DNA of 51,787 nt from Mesotaenium endlicherianum (taxonomy: Eukaryota): contig WELA01003365.1 of assembly GCA_009602735.1 (NCBI GenBank), positions 444,440 to 496,226 on the forward strand, in the 5' to 3' direction. The notes below the pieces were generated by a model. It worked only from the letters and a program-made list of their open reading frames with translations, made no database searches and was not told where the DNA came from. The position numbers were made by a program, and so were the translations under genes. This document shows, piece after piece, positions 37,617 through 50,600 of this stretch (positions are counted from its first letter, which is position 1; every line of letters starts with the position of its first letter).

Positions 37617-40600
37617 TCACAGCGGTCTCGAGCCAATCTTCTCGGGCGATGGTGCTCCTGTTAGCTTCTCGTACTGTTCCTCCAGAGCCTGCACAAGACA
37701 CAATAGATCACATTATGACACTGCCCAGCCCATAGCGCCCTGATCTCTCCACGCATTTCAAAAATTGGGCAGGTATGCTTGCGATACATTTTTACATGTC
37801 CCCCTTTTGAAACTCTCTCCCCCTCCCACCCCCCCCACAAATGCACCTTGTTGTAACCCAGCACACCAGCGTATTGCTCTGGCAAGGAGTAGAGTAGCCT
37901 TGCTCAGTACAGACTGAGAGACAGAGCTACCGTCGTCTGCCACAAAGAAATCACAGACGGCCAAGTAAACAACCAACAAGGCAACTATGACAACTGCAGC
38001 ACCTGAAGCCGATCACGGATTTCGTCGATGGCGTCCTGCGTCATCCGGTCATGGAATAGAGTGCCCTGCACGGACGTAGCCAGGTGGCGCATGACCAGTC
38101 AGCAAGTTCGTTTCATCCTCTGAACATACCATTGGGACATAACATTCTCGAGGGGGAGGGCGGAATTAGCACACTTTTTAATATAGCACATAGACTCAAT
38201 ATTCAGCACATTTTCACCGTGAGGCTTTGCGCCCTTCTTTTTTTTTCCCCACGGGGGGGGGGACATAAGATGCCACTTCCGCGAGTTTTTCCCACGGGGG
38301 GGGGGGGCATACAATGCCACCACTTCCGCGAGAAAGAAGACAAAATATTTATATAGCAAAACTTTGAGATTATTTTAATATAAACCGTCAGAAGATAGGG
38401 TGCCGCCATGGAAGACTTGCTCCCTCCTTCCGGTTGCATTAGGGCCCCCCCTTTCACACAGCCAGTGAAAAGGCGCCCCGGAGCCACAGGCCTGGCAGCC
38501 CCACTACCATCACCACTCTATTTCAGGTGACAAAGAGACAGCACAGCCTCTCCTTCTGTGCAAGGTATGATCTGTCATGCTCCGGAACCTGCAAAAGCAA
38601 CGGTGTCGCGCCCGGCTCCAGTGGCACATAGCAGGAAAACTTCCAGCTCAGCCCCGCTGCTGCCGCTAGCTACCCCCTCACCACTGGCTACCCCCTCACC
38701 CTGACCGTCCATAGTATCAATATAATGGATCAGAAGAAGTGACCGGTGTTGTGAGGTTACCTCCAGGTGGTCGTACTCGTGCTGAAATATCCGGGCTTGC
38801 CAATCCCGAATGCTGAGGCTGAACTTGCGGCCCTTCCTATCCTGGGCATCCACCTTCACCCCGACGGCTCTCTGCTCACACGTCCACTCGCACGTGCATG
38901 CGGCCAGGCGATAAATGACAGCTGTCAGCAGTGGCAGCTAGACCGGGAGCCACATCGGCAGCCTTCTGCAGCACATGCATCAGGGCTGCAGCGGATGGAT
39001 AAATCTTCAGAACACACAGCGAGGCAAAACAAGCACTCATTCACTCAAAATGCAAGTGGCACATGAGCTACCCCCCCCNNNNNNNNNNNNNNNCCCCCCA
39101 ACCCCCCAAAGAGAGGCTGTCAACCTCTCATGTCTAGGGGGCCGAACTCCCCCGCCACCCTCAGTCTTGGCATCAGGAGGCAGAAGGAGTCCGCTTCCTC
39201 ACTAGAGTGTCGCTTATGTCACAACAATGGCCTTAGGCTTGTAATGGCTACACATCCCCTGCCACAAAACTCTACACGCTTCCTCATCCATCCCCCCGCG
39301 CACCCCACTTTTACCGCTCCTCCACCTTGCACAAATTGCTCCCGAACGTGATCCAGAGTCCGATCGTCCTGCTGAGATGAGCTGAGCTGGCCCCCAGCAG
39401 GATTCTTCAACTTCTATCCAGATCAATAGTGGATCGGCTTTGGCCTCCTCCTTCACTTTGCACCCCCCTGAAGTTGACCGCATCTGGTGCCACGTTGTGC
39501 TGAGGAGGAGGGGCAACTGACTGATTCCACTTTAGATATTGCTTCTTCTCAATGACCCCCCCCTTCCTCGCGAAGCTGGGACGTATCAAACCCTTCAATA
39601 ACATATTACTGACGATCTCGAGACACCTTCTCCTCACCTCAACGGGAGCCTCGATGAGGGGGAACGACAGGCACCCTTCCATATCCATGTCCGTCAGCTT
39701 GGAGTACTTGGCAATCTTTGGGTTGATGAGGACGTACTCCTTGCCCTTGCCCCTCTCGCCCGACGGGTTGTACACCATGAGCTGCACGTTGACGCCCACT
39801 TGCGGCGCTGCTAGCCCCACCCCATCAGTCCTGCAAGGAGCCCCCAGGAGAGCGAGAATCACATCAGAGCCCCACGTCGCCGAAGTGACCAGCCATCTGT
39901 TGCATTACAGATTGCTGTGCTTCGCTGTATTGGATGTCCACTTGTTGTCTGAAAAGGAGGGCGGTATCCAGGTGGCGTAATTACTATGTGAGCTGCAGCT
40001 CACAGGTGACTCCCCGCATCGCACTAGTTAGTGCACATGAGCACTTCAAGTGTGGCATGGGCCCATGTGCAAGCGCATCACGGAACAACGTGACTGCACA
40101 ATAGTTCTTGTTGTATTGCGCAGTACAGGAATGGACAGACTGATGTCGCACTTCTGTGCTAGGACCTGATACACTGTAGAAGCACTTTCTGCGCAACTAT
40201 AGCAGTCAATGAGATTTCCTTCTGCTGTTAGGAGTGACCCAAGCAACAGCGACAGCTACTTTCCTGGACAGAGCAAAAATGAGAAATGTGAAAAGAATGG
40301 AACAGTCACCCTGTATATAAGCTAAGCAACCAGCGTGAGCACTCAAGTTCTCCAATAGTTGTAGGTCTCTCCAATAGTTGACGTTGTAAGCACCGTGTGA
40401 GCATAAGAGAACACAATTGCAGGAAAGAAGGATGACCTGGAGTAAGGGGGTGCAGCCGGCGAGAGGAAGCTTGCTTACTTATACATGATATCCAGCATCT
40501 CGTCTATCAGTTTTTCGAGGTTTTCATCAAAGACGTTGACCCTCTTGTTCTTGGCTCGCAGCTTTGGGTCAGGGTACATCACTATCTGTAGAGGAGAGGC

Positions 40601-41052
40601 AAATTCAATGGGTCCAGCTGCACAGACCAGACAAAGCAAGGAAAGAGATTAAGGAGTTTGAACAGGTTATAGATTCTTCCAGGAAGAACAGCAACATGGT
40701 AGTGCATGAAAGAAGAGCAGCACCACTCTCAGTGGACTGGAGGCACAAACCTCCAACTGGAAAGTTACCGAAGTATTTCCTTACCTCCATTACTTTCTTC
40801 CCTCACATTCTCCAACTCTGCAAGAAAGCTTCTTCGACCTGCTTCCACCTTCAGAACTGAGCTTCTGTATTGTCTTTGTAAATGAAGTGGTTTACTTAGC
40901 GACAATTGCAGGCCGGATATAGAGGACTGGCTGCCATGCAATTGAAGAGGCGCAACTTTAGTTTTAAGGGATGGTTGACATATTCTTTTCAGGGAGCTTC
41001 TCACATGAAGTGCCCCGGAGCTCAGGATACAGCTCCGGCTGAGGCAAGCCAT
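37617..41052 (-). CDS. PDF1B: Peptide deformylase 1B (plastid-targeted), 6 exons, ~281 aa
   Basis: Exons 41052-40785, 40617-40479, 39830-39638, 38871-38761, 38065-38003, 37688-37617 (846 nt). Ser/Arg-rich transit peptide; PLQIVMYPDPKLRAKNK; motifs GVGLAAPQ, EGCLS and QHEYDH. Confidence 0.93.
38242..38332. repeat. Tandem duplication of a ~45-bp unit in a PDF1B intron
   Basis: TTTTTCCC(C)ACG-Gn-CATA..ATGCCAC(CAC)TTCCGCGAG occurs twice (38242-38285, 38286-38332). Confidence 0.8.
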
Positions 41053-44000
41053 CCTCCACTCCCAGCAGCTGCTTCTGATTAATAACGACAACTCTTTATT
41101 CTCGCCTCCAAGTTTATTGTCTTAACACTCTCCTTAATGTGTCTAACCAGAAGCACAGCTGAAATTGGTCCTAAGCTCTCACGGCATAGATGTGGAAGTA
41201 ACTAGACCTTACAAATACAAGTTTCGAAAAGCTTACGCAAAGCAATTGCTTCGTCCAAGTTAAAAGAACCACCGTCACACAACACTCATATGGTGCCAAG
41301 AGCTGGGCGAGTGTCTATGCAGAATCAGCTCGCAGCAAAAACGATCAGAGACGTCTAAACATAACGAAGTACTGCTTCAAGGCACGAAAGGTCTCGATAG
41401 CATCCCTTCATTTCGTTTTTGAGACAGCCTTGAATTTGAGTCTCAGTCTTGAAGGCCCTTCCATGATCCCTATGAATACTCTTACCCTGCGTCGTACGCA
41501 CAGAGATAGTGTGCTACCTAGTAATGACAGTATCGTACAATAACTTGTAGCCGACCAAAAGCGCCCTAGATTTTCGTAGTTTTTACCCTCTATATCGGAG
41601 GGCTCTGCTTACTTGGCTTATGAATTTAACATGTGGATTGCTGTCCAGTCTCAGTTTCTCTATGCTCATGATCTTCTCCGGTCGTAAGAGGACGCCATCA
41701 CTAACTTTGAAAGAACTTGTACCAGTTTATAATAATACTGTAGCCTCAGTGTGCTGCATCATATGCTTGGCCTTGCTCCATGCCAATTTGCCTCATGGTC
41801 CTGCAAGAAGGCACAGGGGCAAGTGTTGCTGTAAAAGACTTGAAGAATGGGCGCTCCTCAGATGAAATGGGCAATCTCCTCTTTTAGGCTGGGATACTGA
41901 AGTATCAGAGCAAAGGATCAAAGTTGTAGTTGCTGTTGTGTATGCTCAGGGTGGTGACTCACCTTTCATTGACAAACAAATTTTAGTACACGATGGTTGG
42001 GTGACGCACTTTGAGGTGAAGCAGGATGTGCAGCTCTTGTCGTGTAACTTTATGTGTGTGTTACTGCAGCCAGGCGGGAAGACGAGTAAAAGTCTCAGTT
42101 TCAGCTTTCTCTCTGTTGTTGATTCTTAGCTCATGCACGTCAGCAGCGAGGATTTATGTTTATTTTCGCATACTTATGCAGCCATATTGAGATTGCAACG
42201 CAACATGCCCCAGGTGGCAGCACGTATGCGCGGCACCTGTGGCTGCCTAGGAGTGCCAGAGCTCTATCCTTTGCAAGAGGAAAGGCCCAATGCGAATGTG
42301 AGGGAGAACAGAAGTGCTGGCAGAGGATGTGACCAAGCACAAAGTGGTCTTGCTAGCACTTGCTGATTCTCAGCATGCATGTCCTATCTCTGGGGTCCAA
42401 CACATGCTGTCAGGTACCGGAAAGGTTGCACTGCTGGATATTGTGAATGCTATACGAGTCAGGGATAAGTTCATTGGATGTTCTTGAAACTTTTCCTCAG
42501 CCCATTCTCAGCAAGAAGACAGTGGTGGTCGTAGACATGCGCTTCATTTGCCTGCAAAGAAGCGAGAAGGGGTGGTCATCACTTGGCGTGCGTATCCATA
42601 GTAAGTAGCCAAGCCTCAGGTCACCCTGGAAGGCAGATACATCTTTGAGTTTAAAAGGCCCCAGACTTAGTGGAAACTTTAAGTGGGAAAATTGAGGGGA
42701 GCCTCTCTGAGGATGAGTGGGAGGGAAGGAGGAAGCAGCAGGTCCTAGTCACAGGTCCTTATGGTAAGAAGGCTTGCTCATGCTCCACATGGCTGCTGCT
42801 ACGAAAGCCAGTGAACTCAAGAGACTTGCAAGAGCAAGAATCCTCCTGCGCATACTATTTAGAGGGGCAGTAGCATCAGCATATTAAATGGCAGTGTCGG
42901 AGCAGCTACAAGGCTGCAGCCAAAAGCATGAGCTGGAACCCTGGTAGAAGCAGGCGGGGAGGTTGAGTGCATCAAAGACATGCTTCTATTTATGTCAGCT
43001 GGCATAAAGCTCTAGCAGGATGCTTCTACGCCACTATATAGCATAGTGCAGTCTGTCTAAGTGTATTTGTCCATAAAGAGAGGTGAAGCTCTGCAGGCAG
43101 CGTTTGATGAAGAGGAGGGGTCGGGACCAGTGGGCAACTGCTTGCATTGTGTTACTGGCCTTTTGCAAGCATACACGAGCTGAGGTGGGGCATGTGCAAT
43201 GATGGTTTGCAACAAATCACGTCATTCCATCATTTATTGCAAGTTCAAAATCCAATAAATGTTTTTTTTGTAGAAGCGCATTGCTTATCCAGCTCCTTTC
43301 TGAAATTGAAGCTGTATGTTTGATGTTGTGGGTGCGATAGACTCTGAAAAGAGTGAAAGTTGACATTTAAGTTAGTTGGGATAGTTGCTTCATTCCATGC
43401 ATTAGTACTAATATTCAGGTTTTGATTCTTTCTTTAAATTCCAGTTTTTGTCATTGATAGTTTCCAACAACGAGTAAAGATGAGTTTGCTGCTTATATCA
43501 GCTGTACGATTTACTCAACAGCTTTAAGTACATGTTATGCAGGAAGTGGATGCTATATGATCTTGCCGCATGATTGGCTGACCCTGAACCATATATGATG
43601 ATTAATTTGCAATTTATGGAGCAAATGGATGATGCCTCTTTTGTACGGATAGTTGCTTCAAAGGTCTGCCATGTAGCACACAGCAGGTGATGTCAAGACC
43701 TTAGAGATAAAAGCTGTATACCTTTTGAAGCAAGGACATCCCTCACGGATGAACAGGATCTCCTTAACTGAGTGGGAACAAATCTTTTTGCTCCGGGCCT
43801 GTTATGCAAGATGGTGGTTCAGACAATGTGCCACAAAGTTGTCAGCCATATTGTGACTAAGATGTTCACAGAGGTTACAATGTGAGAAGTTTTGGTTCGA
43901 CTTGCATACAAATGGACTTGGAGTCAGGCATGACTTGACTGTTACCTACCAATAGACAGGGGATGCGAATAGCTCAGATAGGCAGTATGTGCACTTGAGG

Positions 44001-45732
44001 AGGGGAATGCCGGGTGTGCAGGTACTGTGCAGATTACACCCGGTCTGGAGATGCATGCGTGATGGCAATCTAGGTCCTTGAGGAAACTGGTATCCCGTGC
44101 AGAATATTCACATATCTACTCTCTCTAGTCAAGGTCAGTGAAATTGACATGCAAGGAGGCTGGCAATGAATGAGTAGGAGTCACTGCTCAAGGCCTATGT
44201 ACTACTTCGTCAATTATACAAATAGTTCCACTGTAAGCTCCTTCCACGATTCACGGGGAAATCTCAGGTGCTGCTGAAGGTAGAGCTCCGAAGCACGAAA
44301 AGAATATCGATACTGGACAATGATTTTCTTGATCAGCAGCAACAAATAGTTTTTTATATGGAGGTCTGCTTCCAACACCAAAAGACCATAGATGATAGCC
44401 ATATGACTTGATTGGACAACCTCTTACCACCTCATTCCACCTCATTGACTAGCAATTGACAAGGCTAAGCAGCAAAATGCCTATGCTAGAACTCCTACTA
44501 GGCGCTCTACCATACCTGCCTAACCCTGCAGAATTAGGACGGCTTGAAACACTAAAAAAATTGACTTCAGTCCTGCGATGCTATGGAGGCACGAAACAGG
44601 TGTGATTGATGCAGCACTGAAACTCTTTGTTGTACGTGGAAAAAGGATAGCTGGTGTGCAAGACCCCCACAAGCCGACGAGACGGGAATGTCGAGTTGCA
44701 GCAGCCTGTTCAAGAGAGCGTGTGCACCAATTCACAGAAGAAAAGAAGCCCACACAAGGTAGATGGATGAGCCGCGAAATTAGGCACCGGCAAAATATGA
44801 GAGCAACCATTGATGCCTAATACCACCTGAGGCACAAACTTGAGAACAGTCCCATTGGCCCTGGTTGATGGGTATGGCTAAAGACACCTTCAGAGCATAT
44901 TTTGGCAGCCGAGCAGCATGCTGGAGGAGCAGGTCGTCATGCCAAGAGCCAAGAGCCGGCGGGAGGACAAGACAAGGAGAGATGAGTTAGAGAGAGTAGA
45001 TAGGCACACAAGTACTCGCATAACGCGGTAGCACTTCCCCATGACGTCAAGTACATGCCAACAAATGTGAGCACACTTTCCACGCTGCCACAACTACCAG
45101 GGGGTGGATTCCCCAATGGTCCGTCCACCTGGCATCTGAGCCTGCTATTGGGAGGAGGAGAAACGAGCTGAGCTGTTGCACCCTGAGCAGAAGAGCAGCA
45201 CCTTCAGATGACGGCCAGGAAGTAAAACCTGACCAAAGTGACGGTATGAGCTCTACTATGTGTCCCTCGGTGCCAGCTTCCAGGTCAGACTATCTTCACA
45301 ACACACATGTGCAGTTGCAGCAGCTTGCCTGGGTGGGACACATGCTTCAGCCAGCTGCCACCATGACGCCCTCCTCTAGCGAATGTACTATGCCATGCGC
45401 CCACAAAGGTGCGCTAACAGGTACTTTCAATGGCCTTGCAAGTTTGCAAAGCATGCATTTGAGCTCATAAGCCCTGCCCTCCATGCGTTTCTCTACCACC
45501 AGCTGCCCTGACGCTCAGGAGTGTTGTTGAGTGTTGAGAGAGAGAAATGAGGGGGGGGAGGGGGGTGAAGCAACGTGGGGGATATGAAGTGGCCAATGAC
45601 GAGATTGTTACACATGGCTGCAAGCACATGCAATGAGAATGTTAAAGGGAGAGGCTGAAAGGGGGGGGGGGAAGGGGGAGAAAGGGAGTAGGAGTGATGT
45701 TGTAAGTGCAACAAATGTGTGCCTGCATACCT

Positions 45733-46963
45733 TTAGATCTTCAGCTTGAAGGTGGTGGATCTGATGACATCATCGTCAGTGTTGAACTTCTTCTGGAGCG
45801 TCACCTGACTCTCGGGCTTTGTGACGTATGAGAAAAGGAGGTAAATTCCGTCCAGGTAGCGAGTCGCCTGTCCTCCCATGTTCTTTGTCTTAATGTTGTA
45901 AGCCAATGGCTGCATGCCCCTGTTAAACATCTCCACGTCTATGGCTCCTCCAGCTACCAAGTACTGCACAATTCAAGCGTAAATGAACCAGAAAGAGGCA
46001 CCAATATCACCAAAAGTAACAAGCATGAATACGTGAACTAGGCCTTGCACATGTGTGCCTGCATAAATCCTGTGTGATGACGTACACGCCTGACTTGTGC
46101 TCTAGAACCCCACAAGCGGAACATGCTTTCACTAAAGTGGAGCATGGGGAAGGTCTAAGTAACGAACATGAAGTATACATCCAGGTACTAATCCAGAACT
46201 TCGCTCATATGACTATTCAATATGCAGACTACACCATTTCAACCACTTGGCAGCACTAATATGCACCTCCCGAAAAGACTTGAGGTCCTTGCTTTCACGA
46301 GTGGCTCACTTCCGGCAATTCGGCCGGGTGCTACATGTGTCATCTGATAGGAACTACGGTGATGCAATGCTTTTGACTATGGCTTCCCTTACATTGTCCA
46401 GCACTTACAATTGTATACGGGATAAGTAGGAGAGCAGAAATGACATGGACGGTCAGAGAGCAAGAGCTTCAGGGAAAGGACAATTCCCGGCAACTTGCGA
46501 GTCCAACAACTCCAGGTCCAAAAGCTGGAAGCTTAACTTTCTAAGTCGACAGTCATAGCGACAGACCAGCCTGAACCTACTTTCGACGGTTCTAGCATAC
46601 ACACAGAGAAGAGAAGCGAAGTACCTCCTCGTAACGCTCAGTGAGGGCATTGCGCTCGTCTTCTGACAAGTCTGGTCTCAAAACAACCATGGACTCATAT
46701 CTAGACAAGCCGGGGGGGTACTTTCGTGGCTCATTTTCAGCTCCATCCTCGTCCATGCCAACCATGGAGTCTTGCATTGCTACACTCCTTATCACAGAAA
46801 CCCTGGAGGACGTCCATGACGAGGCTTTTGATGAACAACCAGACCTCCTCTTCTGAGGAGCTAGTGAGACGCTGCTGGAGGGCTTTGATGCACAGGAGTT
46901 CGAAAGAAAGAATGCACCAACGGCTGGCGTTGCAAACGCAATTTGACCACAGGTGGCTGCCAT
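45733..46963 (-). CDS. PRPS6: Plastid 30S ribosomal protein S6 (bS6c), 2 coding exons, 189 aa
   Basis: Exons 46963-46625 and 45963-45733. Transit peptide, then YPPGLSRYESMVVLRPDLSEDER...RGMQPLAYNI...YLDGIYLLFSY...DDDVIRS. Confidence 0.93.
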
Positions 46964-47696
46964 GGTATATACTTAAGCTATAACGAGACAACCGTCAGCC
47001 CAGAGCCCAACTACGACGTAATCAACCCTATATATACAACTGCGAAATTTCTCAGTGGAAAGACCAGCCCACGTTGTCCGTGCCAAGAATGGGGTCAATT
47101 GCCAGAAACGTATTTGCTCGCCAGCCTCTGTGGTGAAGGGTTCAGCGAAGGCTTGGAAGAAGGGGGCGAAGGATGGGGTTGTGGCTTACTTTGGAGAAGC
47201 AGGGTGGAGCGAGTTGGGTCAGGTGATGGGGATGAAACCAGATGAGACCGGGTGAAACTTTTTGGTGGCACACACATGCGCCACACATGTCTTCGTTGAC
47301 CCAATAATCTTATCGCCCGAAGCGGATGGGGGGCCGCTAGCGCGCTCCTGTTGATGCACTAGCGCGTATACTCGGGCGTCGGGACTCGGATATGACCATG
47401 CACGCTGATGCACACCCATGCCCATGGCTTGTGTTCCCGGTCGTTATCTGGACTCCATGGACTCCGACCCAGCTCACAAGGAGCTCACTACAGTCATCAC
47501 GTGAAGGTGTATTAATAGTCAACTATGACAACGTACATTGAGTTCATCATAAGTGGGCGCTGGACCTACACATGTAAGGCTATGATTGAATTCATAACTG
47601 CAGCACTGCTTGTGGTGTCCTCAGTGTAGTAATAGTTCTTGCAATGGGTTCCTTGAACTGAAATGTCGGTGTGCATGTCCTCCCAGTAAATTCGCA

Positions 47697-50600
47697 ATGT
47701 TGTTGTGTCCGCATGAGGATGAGGATCCAGCCTTCAGAAAAGAGGGGCGACTGCCCGACGTGGTAAGTGTGGAAGTGGCGCTTTCATGCATCCGATGTCT
47801 CTTGTGTGGACCTGTAAGAAGCTGCACAAATTTGTCTTGCCAACGTTCTTCGCTGCACATAATGCTGTCACAGTAAGGACTAATGAACACTAGAGATGGA
47901 TATGAGTCAAGTATGCTATAGTTTATAAGTTGATATGTGACATCATCACATAAGAGCTCCATGTCAGCTGTATGGCGCTGGAGGTCCACACATGCTTATA
48001 TGCCTCCATCGGCTATCAAATAGTTTCCCAGGGTATCTCCGTCGTCAGGAGCTTCAGTGGTCATGGGAGGCAAGCATGATGTGTTCTTGCTTTCAATACC
48101 TCACTTTGTCACCGAGTATCGCATATAGACGTACACGCAGAGGTTGCAAATGTGCTCTGTAGCAGCTTATCTAGATGGACTCTGGTAGCCACTCCCCCTG
48201 CATAACTCTGTGGCAAATGTCGGAAGCAGCAGCAGCCTCAGGGCCCTACTGCCAGTGGCCTTTCTCACTCTGCATGCGCATTCACTGCTCTGCTTTGTGG
48301 GGCAGAGATATGGGGACCAAGTGAGAGCTGTGTGGGTGACGAGGTATGACTACCATGGCCAAGACGATGTGAGGCAGGTGATGGAGCGATCTCAGCATGC
48401 TGGCTTCAACACTGTGTTCTTCCAGGCAGGCATCCATACCTTTGTTTGCTGCGAGTATGCATGCATGCACGCATGCAAGCATGCTGCAGCTGTTATTTAT
48501 CATACCATCAAAATCCTATGCGGAAATACTCACGTGTCTTAGCTGCATGTGGACATGTATCGACATCCGTAGGTACATTTGCCCAAGCATGCATGCACTC
48601 ATCCATCAACACGACCTGCATATGCGTGATGTACAGACGCGCTCTGCATACGTACTAGAACACTGCAAGCAATTCGGCCCGTCATGGGCTGCCCCATTGG
48701 AAAAGGTTGCCTCTTGTGACACTGGTGCTCCCTCACCTCTGCAAAAATGTGCATGCCCGCTGAATGGTGACTTCAAGCTTTCACAGTCCTCCACACGCAC
48801 TCTTTCTTGCCAGGCCATTTCGGAAAAGGGGTTCCGTTCCGACTTCACACATTCATCTCCCTGCTCGCAACGGTACGCTTACTTGCGCGCTAAAGCACCA
48901 GGAGGAGATTGGGGGTGGGGGAGGAAGGGGGGTCAGCAGGTGAGAGGGAACGGAACGGCGCACTATGCCTCCAAGCTGGAGCCCTGGTCTGAGACCTATG
49001 GCTGGACCAGCCCCGGGTTCGATCCTCTCCAGCTGGCAGTCCAAGAAGCCCACGCCCGACACCTGTCTCTGCATGCTTGGGTCAATGGTGAGTTGGTCAA
49101 CCGCAGCTGCAGCCGCCCGGCTCGACAAGCAAGCCCAGCTCGGTCCCCTAGTCGTGGCTGGGTGCTGCCTATCCTGTGTGCTGCCACTTTGCGCATTTCG
49201 AGCCTCTGGTGGCGGTTGATGCCTTGATGTGCGGAGCATGACGTCATCATGTGCCACGCTGAACCTGAACAAACCCCGGCGGGGTGTCTTTCCTACTCTA
49301 GCTGCAACCTACCCTTGCCCCTTTTAGGCTGAAAGGCTGGGACTGGCTCTGCCACTGCCATTGCCACTGTCACGGGCTCAGTTGTCCATCTCCTTCTCCT
49401 ATGCCACGATCTCTTCGGCACGCCTATGGGCCCCTGGACCCTCCCTCCCACCTCAATGATTGTGTGGGGGGGTATTATATTGTGTCTTTGTCAGGCGGGA
49501 AGGGGAGGGTGGGGGGCAAGGAAAGAGAAAGTCGGGGAATGGGATGGGGAGAGAAGCTGAGCACTTTCCCTTTTTTGTTTGGCACACATACGTGCACCCG
49601 TGCGCGCTCGCGCGCCTATGTGCGTGAGTGCGTGTCTTTGTGTGTGGTTTGGGCTATCCTACAAGGGACCAGAACTTGTTGCTCTGGTCTTGAGATAACT
49701 TGTGGTGCGTCCCTCCAGAGCGGACCGCGGCCTTCCAATATGATGTCTTTGTATGCTTTGTCAGCACTCTTTTGTTTCTGTACATATTCAGATCGACATA
49801 CTTGTGAGCATGTACTGCATTCCTATACTTTCAGACGTAGATAGTGCCCCCTTCAACAGTGCTGCCGTGCTGAAGGGGGGGGGGGNNNNNNNNNNNNNNN
49901 GGGGGGGGGGGGGGGGGGGTTTGTTGTGCATTGACCCACATTCATGCGAATGCATGCTGCTCTCGGGGGATCCTCATCGGCTTGGTATTGTGTATTTTTG
50001 AACTAAAGCTTGATATGTGCAGTTTTATTTGCCTTACCAATGAACACCGCTACCTTTATACGCACGCACAGACACAATAACAATATGCGCATGTGAGTGC
50101 CTACATGTATCTGCACTTGCACAGGCAGACACTCACTCATTCAAGCAGAATGCCTGCTTCTGCCTGCCTCAATGCTGCAGTGATGCCCATGTGGAGGGGC
50201 AGCCATGCGCCGCCCGCGAGCGCGCGCCAGCTGTACACCGAGCATCCCGACTGGAGCTGGTTCGACCGCCAAGGCAATCGCCAGGCAAGGCTGCAATTTG
50301 CTCGTTCCTCTCGTTGGACATCTGCCTTGCAGCTGTCCCTCATCCCGCCGCCTTCAACCCTGAATATGTAATCTGAAGCCTTCAACTCTGGATACCCTGA
50401 GAACCTCAAACCAATCCTCTCATGTGCCCTTGTGCTGGGAGCAGGGTGACACAAAAGTGACACCTGGAAGCAACTAGTGATAGCCACCCCCCCCCCCCTT
50501 CCCCCCCCTTTCACCCTCCTTGGCTATATGGGTGCCAAAGATTCACAGTCACTTAAACAAGGGGTGATGGCAAATGCCATCCCCCTCAGCCCCATCCCAG

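Noticed and set aside
40479..40585. CTACAG acceptor at 40586 as the start of PDF1B exon 2
   Set aside because: Wrong phase for exon 1 and loses the conserved IEFASPLQ; the acceptor at 40618 fits both.
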